DNA from: a virus
Length of the DNA: 42,020 bases
IMG/VR virus record: IMGVR_UViG_3300045988_133592
Span: 1-42,020 of that record
Direction: 5' to 3' (one strand)
Every line of letters starts with the position of its first letter. The first letter of the stretch is position 1. The notes under the pieces are model-generated. The model was not told where the DNA came from, did no database searches, and was given only the letters and a program-made list of their open reading frames with translations. Both the position numbers and the translations under genes were made by a program. This document shows positions 35,489 to 42,020 of this stretch, piece by piece.

Positions 35489-36711
35489 TGGAAATCATCA
35501 CAGGAAAAATCCAGACCGCTAAAAAAGTGGCCGTGTATGGCCCCGAAGGCATTGGCAAGTCCACCTTCGCCGCCCAGTTTCCCGATCCCCTTTTTATCGA
35601 CACCGAGGGGAGTACCAACGACATGGACGTCAAGCGCCTGCAGCGGCCCAGCAGCTGGACCATGCTCATGGAACAGGTGAATTATGTCAAAAAAACGCCA
35701 GGGCTTTGCAAAACCCTGGTCCTCGACACCGCCGACTGGGCCGAGATGCTGTGCATGAACGAAGTCTGCGCGAAAGCCCAGAAAAAAGGCATCGAAGACT
35801 TTGGCTACGGCAAAGGCTATGTCTACTTATCCGAGGAATTCGGAAGACTTTTAAACCTTTTGGAAGAAATCGTGCGCTCCGGCATCCACGTGGTCTTAAA
35901 CGCCCACGCCTTGATCCGGAAGTTCGACCAGCCCGATGAGATGGGCTCCTATGACCGGTGGGAGTTAAAGCTGCAGAAGAAAACCGCCCCTCTGGTCAAG
36001 GAATGGGCCGATATGCTGCTCTTTGCCAACTACAAGGTCTATGTGGTCAACGTGGACGGCCAGGGCGCAGAAAAAGGCAAAAACAAAGCCTCTGGGGGCA
36101 AGCGCGTCATGTACACCAGCCATATGCCGAGCTGGGACGCCAAAAACCGCCAGGGCCTGCCCCCAGAACTGCCCTTTGAGTACGCCCAGATCGCCCATAT
36201 CATCGAGGGCGTAAAGACAGCGCCGGCTCAGGGACAGCAGAAAAATTTGCAGATGGCAACGGTTAAAACGCAGACCGAGACGCCAAACACACCACCAGAG
36301 AATCGATTGAGATACTGGTACAACAAAGAAACGGATACGGCATCTTATACGGCCGACGGCAGTCAACCAAGTGATCCCGCATTGAGTGAAGTCACCAAGG
36401 AAGAGTATGACGCGTTTATGCAGTATAAAGAAGCTCTGGAAGGAATTGAAACGTCCGCAATCGAAACCTTGGGCGATCCCGATTTCCATGAGATCCCCGA
36501 GACCGCCCCCGGCATCCCCAGAGCCCTGGCCGACCTGATGCAGGAAAACCAGGTAACCGAAGGGGAAATTCAGGCCGTTGTGGCCCTGAAAGGCTATTAC
36601 CCCAAAGACACCCCCATTGCCAACTACGAACCCGACTTTGTGAGTGGCGTTCTGGTCGGGGCATGGCCACAGGTATTTTCAATGATACAACAAACACGAA
36701 AAGGAGCGTAA
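35485..36711 (+). CDS. Sak4-like RecA-fold ATPase (AAA_24)
   Basis: KVAVYGPEGIGKSTFAAQ Walker A and LVLDTADWAE Walker B typical of AAA_24. Adjacent DUF669 gene. Confidence 0.75.
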   Translation: MMEIITGKIQTAKKVAVYGPEGIGKSTFAAQFPDPLFIDTEGSTNDMDVKRLQRPSSWTMLMEQVNYVKKTPGLCKTLVLDTADWAEMLCMNEVCAKAQKKGIEDFGYGKGYVYLSEEFGRLLNLLEEIVRSGIHVVLNAHALIRKFDQPDEMGSYDRWELKLQKKTAPLVKEWADMLLFANYKVYVVNVDGQGAEKGKNKASGGKRVMYTSHMPSWDAKNRQGLPPELPFEYAQIAHIIEGVKTAPAQGQQKNLQMATVKTQTETPNTPPENRLRYWYNKETDTASYTADGSQPSDPALSEVTKEEYDAFMQYKEALEGIETSAIETLGDPDFHEIPETAPGIPRALADLMQENQVTEGEIQAVVALKGYYPKDTPIANYEPDFVSGVLVGAWPQVFSMIQQTRKGA

Positions 36712-36714
36712 ACA

Positions 36715-37203
36715 ATGATTGATAATAACACACAAATGATGGAAGACAGAGAACTTGACTGGGACGATGAGATAGAGCACGACAGTCCCGATTTTATTCT
36801 ATTACCCGAAGGTGATTATGATTTTGAGGTCGTGGAAATGGAGCGCGGCCGCTATCAGGGAGGTGACAAAATCCCGCCCTGCAAGAAGGCGACCGTCCAC
36901 TTGAAAATCGAGACCCCGGATGGCATTAACATTATCAGGCATCCACTTTTTATGCACACCGCAACCGAAGGGCTGCTCTGCGCTTTCTTTATGGGGATCG
37001 GGCAGCGCAAAAAAGGCGAGAAGCTGCGCATGAACTGGCCGGCAGTGGTCGGTTCCCGCGGCCGGGCAAAGGTCGGCATCCGAAAATGGACCGATGACAA
37101 AGGCCAGGAACATGAGATGAATCAGATCAAGCGTTTCTATGAGCCCGAAGACCCGGCGCCCTTTGAAGCCAAACAGACCAGCTTCACCCCGGGGGCCTTC
37201 TGA
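36715..37203 (+). CDS. DUF669-family protein (Sak4 partner)
   Basis: Position between AAA_24 and the helicase. 162 aa. Size and order typical. Confidence 0.5.
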   Translation: MIDNNTQMMEDRELDWDDEIEHDSPDFILLPEGDYDFEVVEMERGRYQGGDKIPPCKKATVHLKIETPDGINIIRHPLFMHTATEGLLCAFFMGIGQRKKGEKLRMNWPAVVGSRGRAKVGIRKWTDDKGQEHEMNQIKRFYEPEDPAPFEAKQTSFTPGAF

Positions 37204-38783
37204 TGGAGCTGCGACCCTATCAGCAGGCATCCAAAGCTGCGGTCTTTAAAGAATGGGAACAGGGGCACCAGAAAACACTGCTGGTGCTCCCCACCGGCAC
37301 CGGCAAGACCATTGTCTTTTCCAAAATCATCGAAGACTGTGTCCGCCAGGGTGACCGTGCCCTGGTTTTAGCGCATCGCGGTGAGCTTTTGGATCAGGCC
37401 GCCGACAAGCTGCAGCAGTCCACAGGCCTTCACTGCGCCACCGAAAAAGCTGAGCAGACCTGTCTGGGCAGCTGGTTTCGCGTGGTGGTCGGCTCTGTCC
37501 AGACCCTCATGCAGAAAAAGCGCCTGCGGCAGTTTCCAAAGGACTATTTTCAGACCATCATCGTGGACGAAGCCCACCACTGCATTTCCGACAGCTACCA
37601 GAATGTTTTGAACTACTTTGATCAGGCCAAAGTCCTGGGCGTGACCGCCACCCCCGACCGCGGGGATATGCGCAACCTGGGCACCTGCTTTGAGTCTTTG
37701 GCCTACGAGTACACCCTGCCCAAAGCCATCAAAGAAGGCTACCTCAGCCCCATCAAGGCCATCACCATTCCCCTCAAACTGGACCTGTCCGCGGTCAGGC
37801 AGCAGGCCGGAGACTTCAAGGCCAGCGACCTGGGCACCGCGCTTGACCCGTATCTGGTTCAGATCGCCGCCGAGATGCAGAAAAACTGCGCAAATCGAAA
37901 GACCGTGGTTTTCCTGCCTCTGGTCAAAACCAGCCAGAAGTTCAGAGACATCTTAAACACCATGGGCTTTCAGGCCGCCGAGGTCAATGGCAGCAGCCAA
38001 GACCGGGCCGAAGTTTTAAAGGATTTTGAAGAGAACAAATATAACGTGCTCTGCAACAGCATGCTGTTAACCGAAGGCTGGGACTGCCCCTCCGTGGACT
38101 GCATTGTGGTCTTAAGGCCCACCAAGGTCCGCAGCCTGTACTGTCAGATGGTCGGGCGGGGAACAAGGCTCAGTCCCGGGAAAGACCATCTTTTATTGTT
38201 GGATTTTCTCTGGCATACCGAACGCCATGAGCTGTGCCATCCGGCCAACCTGATCTGCGAGAGCGAGGAAGTGGCCAAAAAGATGACCGAAAACATCGAA
38301 GCTGCCGGCGGGCCCGTGGACATCGAGGAAGCCGAAAAACAGGCCGCTGAGGACGTGGTGGCCCAAAGAGAGGAAGCCCTGGCAAAACAATTACAGGAAA
38401 TGAAAAAACGCAAGCGCAAGCTGGTGGACCCATTACAATTCGAGATGAGCATCCAGGCAGAAGATCTGGCGAGCTACAGTCCGTCCTTTGGCTGGGAGAT
38501 GGGGCCGCCGTCCGATAAACAGGTCAAAGCCCTTGAGAAACTGGGAATTTATCCGGATCAGATCGACAACGCTGGAAAGGCGGCTTTATTACTGGACCGT
38601 CTTAATAAACGCCGCGTTGAAGGTCTGACGACCCCGAAACAGATTCGTTTTTTGGAAGGCCGCGGTTTTGACCACGTCGGCGCCTGGAACTTTGACACCG
38701 CCAGACACCTCATTGACCGGATTGCCGCCAACGGCTGGCGCATTCCGCCGGAGATCGATCCGGCTACCTATAAAGGAGTATAA
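37203..38783 (+). CDS. SF2 DEAD/DEAH-box helicase
   Basis: LVLPTGTGKT (motif I), IIVDEAHH (motif II), TATPDR (motif III) and the HELICc region. Confidence 0.9.
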   Translation: MELRPYQQASKAAVFKEWEQGHQKTLLVLPTGTGKTIVFSKIIEDCVRQGDRALVLAHRGELLDQAADKLQQSTGLHCATEKAEQTCLGSWFRVVVGSVQTLMQKKRLRQFPKDYFQTIIVDEAHHCISDSYQNVLNYFDQAKVLGVTATPDRGDMRNLGTCFESLAYEYTLPKAIKEGYLSPIKAITIPLKLDLSAVRQQAGDFKASDLGTALDPYLVQIAAEMQKNCANRKTVVFLPLVKTSQKFRDILNTMGFQAAEVNGSSQDRAEVLKDFEENKYNVLCNSMLLTEGWDCPSVDCIVVLRPTKVRSLYCQMVGRGTRLSPGKDHLLLLDFLWHTERHELCHPANLICESEEVAKKMTENIEAAGGPVDIEEAEKQAAEDVVAQREEALAKQLQEMKKRKRKLVDPLQFEMSIQAEDLASYSPSFGWEMGPPSDKQVKALEKLGIYPDQIDNAGKAALLLDRLNKRRVEGLTTPKQIRFLEGRGFDHVGAWNFDTARHLIDRIAANGWRIPPEIDPATYKGV

Positions 38784-38786
38784 AGT

Positions 38787-39416
38787 ATGGAAAAACAGCC
38801 ACATATATTAATTGATTTGACTGGAGAGAGATTTGGCAATTTAACCGTTATTGAACGTGATATAAATAATGCGAAAAGTGGCAATGCCCGGTGGGTCTGT
38901 AAATGTGACTGTGGGAATAAGGTTACAGTTATAGGAAGTCACTTAAGATCAGGGCACACTAAAAGTTGTGGCTGCAAGAAGATTGGTAAAATCTCAAAAG
39001 GAAGATCAAAAGAAAGACTTTATAGAATTTGGACAAGAATGCATAAACGCTGCGAAAATAAAAAAGATGAGCACTACAAATGGTATGGAGCAAACGGAGT
39101 AAAAGTGTGTGAAGAATGGAGTGACTATGACATATTTAAGCAATGGGCCTTAGAGAATGGATATGCACAAGATTTGTCAATTGATCGGATAAATGTTCAT
39201 GGAAATTACTGCCCAGAAAACTGCCGTTGGACAACGATGAAAGAACAGGCCAATAATAAAACGAATAATCGAATTGTTTCCATCAAAGACCAAAAATATA
39301 CTGTCTCAGAATTAGCCGACAAGCTGCATATTCAACCATATACCATATATAACCAATTAAAGTTGGGTTGGGATATTGAAAAAATAGTAAGGAACGCTGG
39401 TACTAAAAATGAATGA
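38787..39416 (+). CDS. HNH-family homing endonuclease (zinc ribbon plus HNH_3-like core plus C-terminal HTH)
   Basis: CKCDCGN...SCGCKK. LSIDRINVHGNYCPENCRWTTMKEQANN. Markedly AT-rich. Inserted between the helicase and primase genes. Confidence 0.6.
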   Translation: MEKQPHILIDLTGERFGNLTVIERDINNAKSGNARWVCKCDCGNKVTVIGSHLRSGHTKSCGCKKIGKISKGRSKERLYRIWTRMHKRCENKKDEHYKWYGANGVKVCEEWSDYDIFKQWALENGYAQDLSIDRINVHGNYCPENCRWTTMKEQANNKTNNRIVSIKDQKYTVSELADKLHIQPYTIYNQLKLGWDIEKIVRNAGTKNE

Positions 39417-41607
39417 CATTAATTTACTGGAATTATTAAACTATATCGATCCATCCCGATTAACATACACAGAATGGACGACTGTCGGCATGGCGCTCAA
39501 GGAAGAGGGCTGCAGCGTCTCCGACTGGGAAGACTGGAGCCGGCGTGACCCCGCGAGGTATCACGCCGGGGAGTGTGAAAAGAAGTGGCACAGCTTCAAG
39601 GGCACCGGCACCCCGGTCACCGGGGGCACCATCGTGCAGCTGGCCAGAGAGCACGGCTGGTCCCCGGCCGTCTCCGGCCATGAGCTGGACTGGGACGATG
39701 AGATCAGCGATGACGAGCTGGTCATCGTGGATAAAAACTGGATGGAATCCCAGGAGATCACCGAACCCCAGGAATGGAATCCGGTCGCAGAACTGGTGCG
39801 TTACCTGAGCACCCTCTTTGAGTCCACCGAAAACGTGGGCTATGTGACCGAGAGCTGGGAGAAAGATGGCAAGTACCTGCCCTCAAAGGGCTGCTGGGAC
39901 CGGACCGCCGGAGAACTCATTGAGCAGCTCCAGAAGTGTAAAGGGGATATCGGCGCCGTGCTGGGGGATTACAAGCCCGAGGTGGGGGCCTGGATACGGT
40001 TTAACCCTCTGGATGGAAACGGCATTAAAAACGAAAATGTGACCGATTTCCGCTATGCCCTGGTGGAATCCGACAACATGGACATCGGCGCCCAGAACGC
40101 CATCATTCGCGAGCTGGAGCTGCCCGTGGCCTGCCTGGTCTACAGCGGCGGCAAAAGCGTCCACGCCATTGTGAGAATCGACGCTGGAGATTACAGCGAG
40201 TACCGCAAGCGCGTGGATTACCTGTATGACGTCTGTAAAAAGAACGGCCTGAAAATCGACAGCCAGAACCGGAACCCCTCAAGACTTTCAAGAATGCCCG
40301 GCATCATGCGGGGGCAGCACAAACAGTTCCTGATTGATACCAATATCGGGAAAGAATCCTGGGCCGAATGGCAGGAATGGATCGAGGGTGTCAACGACGA
40401 CCTTCCCGAGCCCGAGAGCATGGCCTCAGTCTGGGATCACCTCCCGGAGCTGTCCCCGCCGCTCATTGAGAACGTGCTGCGCATGGGCCACAAGCTTTTG
40501 CTGGCCGGGCCCTCCAAGGCCGGGAAGTCCTTTGCCCTGATCGAGCTGTGCATTGCCATCGCCGAGGGGAGGAAGTGGTTAGAGTGGCCCTGTAAAAAAG
40601 GCAAGGTGCTCTACGTCAACCTGGAGCTGGACCGGGCCAGCTGCCTGCACCGGTTCAAGGACGTGTACCAGGCCCTTGGCCTTAAACCTGAAAACCTGGC
40701 AAACATTGACATCTGGAACCTACGCGGCAAGTCCGTGCCCATGGACAAGCTGGCCCCGAAGCTCATCCGAAGAGCCGCCAAAAAGGACTACATCGCCGTG
40801 GTCATTGACCCCATCTACAAAGTCATCACCGGAGACGAAAACAGCGCAGACCAGATGGCTACCTTTTGCAATCAGTTTGACAAAATCTGTACCGAGCTGG
40901 GCACTGCCGTCATCTATTGCCACCACCATTCAAAAGGCAGCCAGGGCGGCAAGCGCGCCATGGACCGTGCCAGCGGGTCCGGCGTTTTTGCCAGAGACCC
41001 CGACGCCCTCCTGGACCTGATCGAACTGGAACTGAACGACAACATCCTCACCCAGGAACGCAATAAAGCCGCCTGTAAGGCCATTGAACGCTATCTGAAC
41101 AGCAATGCCGTTAACTGGGAAAAGGACGCCTCACAGGACGATCTGCTAAGCAAACGGGCCATGCAGGAGCTGGCCGAGATCCATCTGAGCCGGGCACAGT
41201 ACAAAGACCTTCAAAAGGTCATTGACGCAGCTGAGCAGAGCGTTGACCAGCTGACCGCCTGGCGGATTGACGGCACCCTCCGGGAGTTCCCGAAATTCCA
41301 GCCTGTGAACCTCTGGTTTGACTACCCGGTGCACCAGATCGACCCGACCGGCGCCCTGAAAGACATTGATCCCGAAGGGGACGCTCCGCCCTGGAAAAAG
41401 AATTTTTCAAAGAAAAAGACCCCGGAAGAGCGGAAGGAAGAAAAGCGCCAGGAGCTTGAAATTGCCTTTGAAGCCTGCAGCATCGAAGGCCGGATTACCA
41501 TCCAGTCTTTGTCTGAATTTCTCGGGGTGAGTGAAAAAACAACACGCAGGCGGGTGCAGGAGCACGGTGGATTTTGGATTGACAACAGCGAAGTCGGAAG
41601 GAAATAG
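39409..41607 (+). CDS. DNA primase-polymerase / replicative helicase-like protein (prim-pol plus AAA_25/RepA-like P-loop)
   Basis: VYSGGKSVHAIVRIDA prim-pol motif. LLAGPSKAGKSFALIELCIAIAEG Walker A. IDPIYKVITGDEN Walker B-like. 732 aa. Confidence 0.8.
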   Translation: MNDINLLELLNYIDPSRLTYTEWTTVGMALKEEGCSVSDWEDWSRRDPARYHAGECEKKWHSFKGTGTPVTGGTIVQLAREHGWSPAVSGHELDWDDEISDDELVIVDKNWMESQEITEPQEWNPVAELVRYLSTLFESTENVGYVTESWEKDGKYLPSKGCWDRTAGELIEQLQKCKGDIGAVLGDYKPEVGAWIRFNPLDGNGIKNENVTDFRYALVESDNMDIGAQNAIIRELELPVACLVYSGGKSVHAIVRIDAGDYSEYRKRVDYLYDVCKKNGLKIDSQNRNPSRLSRMPGIMRGQHKQFLIDTNIGKESWAEWQEWIEGVNDDLPEPESMASVWDHLPELSPPLIENVLRMGHKLLLAGPSKAGKSFALIELCIAIAEGRKWLEWPCKKGKVLYVNLELDRASCLHRFKDVYQALGLKPENLANIDIWNLRGKSVPMDKLAPKLIRRAAKKDYIAVVIDPIYKVITGDENSADQMATFCNQFDKICTELGTAVIYCHHHSKGSQGGKRAMDRASGSGVFARDPDALLDLIELELNDNILTQERNKAACKAIERYLNSNAVNWEKDASQDDLLSKRAMQELAEIHLSRAQYKDLQKVIDAAEQSVDQLTAWRIDGTLREFPKFQPVNLWFDYPVHQIDPTGALKDIDPEGDAPPWKKNFSKKKTPEERKEEKRQELEIAFEACSIEGRITIQSLSEFLGVSEKTTRRRVQEHGGFWIDNSEVGRK

Positions 41608-41870
41608 GCAGGGACAAACCGGAAATTTGTCCGTCCCTGTCCTTTGGACAAACACGAAAGGACAATTGTCCGAAAATCGGGACAAAGTCGAGAAAACACC
41701 GATAATTTCCCGGATAGGGACAAAGTCGGTAAAAATCCCTCTTTGTCCCAGGGACAGACAAACTATATATATTACATATATATACAGTGTCCCTGTCCCA
41801 ACAGGTCAGCGGGGGAAGTAAGGCGGGCTTAAGCACGGCCCGCCCTACTCCTTCCTCCCCTGTCCACTGA
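41608..41870. repeat. iteron cluster (GGGACAA/TTGTCCC in both orientations) plus AT-rich unwinding element. Putative origin of replication.
   Basis: GGGACAAAGTCG at 41679-41690 and 41717-41728. Perfect palindrome GGACAATTGTCC at 41660-41671. Further copies at 41611, 41627-41640, 41745-41760, 41790-41803 and 41862-41870. (AT)n-like TATATATATTACATATATATA at 41764-41785. GC hairpin at 41822-41846. Confidence 0.5.
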
Positions 41871-41916
41871 CAAAGAAGTTTTGACTGAAAAAAGGAAACT
41901 TTAGAAAGGTGAAGCG

Positions 41917-42020
41917 CATGAGCAAGACTATTTATAACGAGCATCGCTACACGGAAGGGTATATCAACCCAACCGCCGGACAGGCGATTGAAAATATTGA
42001 GCGCGAAGAGCGCAGGAAAC
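41917..42020 (+). CDS. N-terminal part of the small wrap-around ORF (continues at 1-123)
   Basis: AAAGGTGAAG RBS. MSKTIYNEHRYTEGYINPTAGQAIENIEREERRK... runs off the window end into the terminal repeat. Confidence 0.4.

Noticed and set aside
41608-41870. Possible CRISPR array because of many short GGGACAA/TTGTCCC repeats
   Set aside because: Repeats are 7-12 bp, irregularly spaced and in both orientations. There are no uniform spacers or cas genes. Interpreted as iterons.

Overview
The window is a complete, circularly closed temperate siphovirus genome. Bases 1-55 are identical to 41966-42020, which is a 55-bp assembly overlap, so the unit length is about 41,965 bp. Overall GC is moderate, with several AT-rich islands. 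This looks like a prophage or phage of a gut Firmicute (Clostridia-like), but the host is inferred only.

Module order:
- 101-1334: Hjc-type resolvase, small proteins and a sigma-r4-like late activator.
- 1335-2612: AT-rich two-gene accessory cassette with its own promoter and terminator.
- 2613-7273: terS, terL (PBSX type), SPP1-like portal and a MuF minor head protein carrying a C-terminal extension. Small immunity-like ORFs and a YjcQ-like gene follow at 7266-7999.
- 8240-12051: scaffold, major capsid, connector, stopper, gp10-like, tail completion and major tail genes.
- 12069-12907: tail chaperone G/GT with a T7 slippery -1 frameshift site.
- 12904-23280: tape measure, Dit-like, an 1183-aa Tal/fibre protein, a 760-aa fibre and an XkdX-like protein fused to a CBM5/12 domain.
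- 23311-24830: lysis cassette (holin, M15 endolysin).
- 24831-27700: accessory island holding a par/Fst-like type I toxin-antitoxin (convergent sRNA and 34-aa peptide), a choloylglycine hydrolase (bile salt hydrolase) gene and a candidate attP.
- 27695-31346: lysogeny module with integrase, a membrane sie-like gene, an S24 CI repressor, a PL/PR switch with three CTTG-N6-CAAG operators and cro.
- 31364-41607: early genes including Rha, small peptides, a mini C5-methyltransferase-like protein, an A8-frameshifted Zn-ribbon gene, an SMC-like ATPase, Sak4, DUF669, an SF2 helicase, an AT-rich HNH homing endonuclease and a prim-pol/AAA_25 primase.
- 41608-41900: iteron plus AT-rich replication-origin-like region.

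No CRISPR array, rRNA or convincing tRNA was seen. The candidates for something new are the 1335-2612 cassette, the type I toxin-antitoxin and the MuF extension with its downstream small ORFs.
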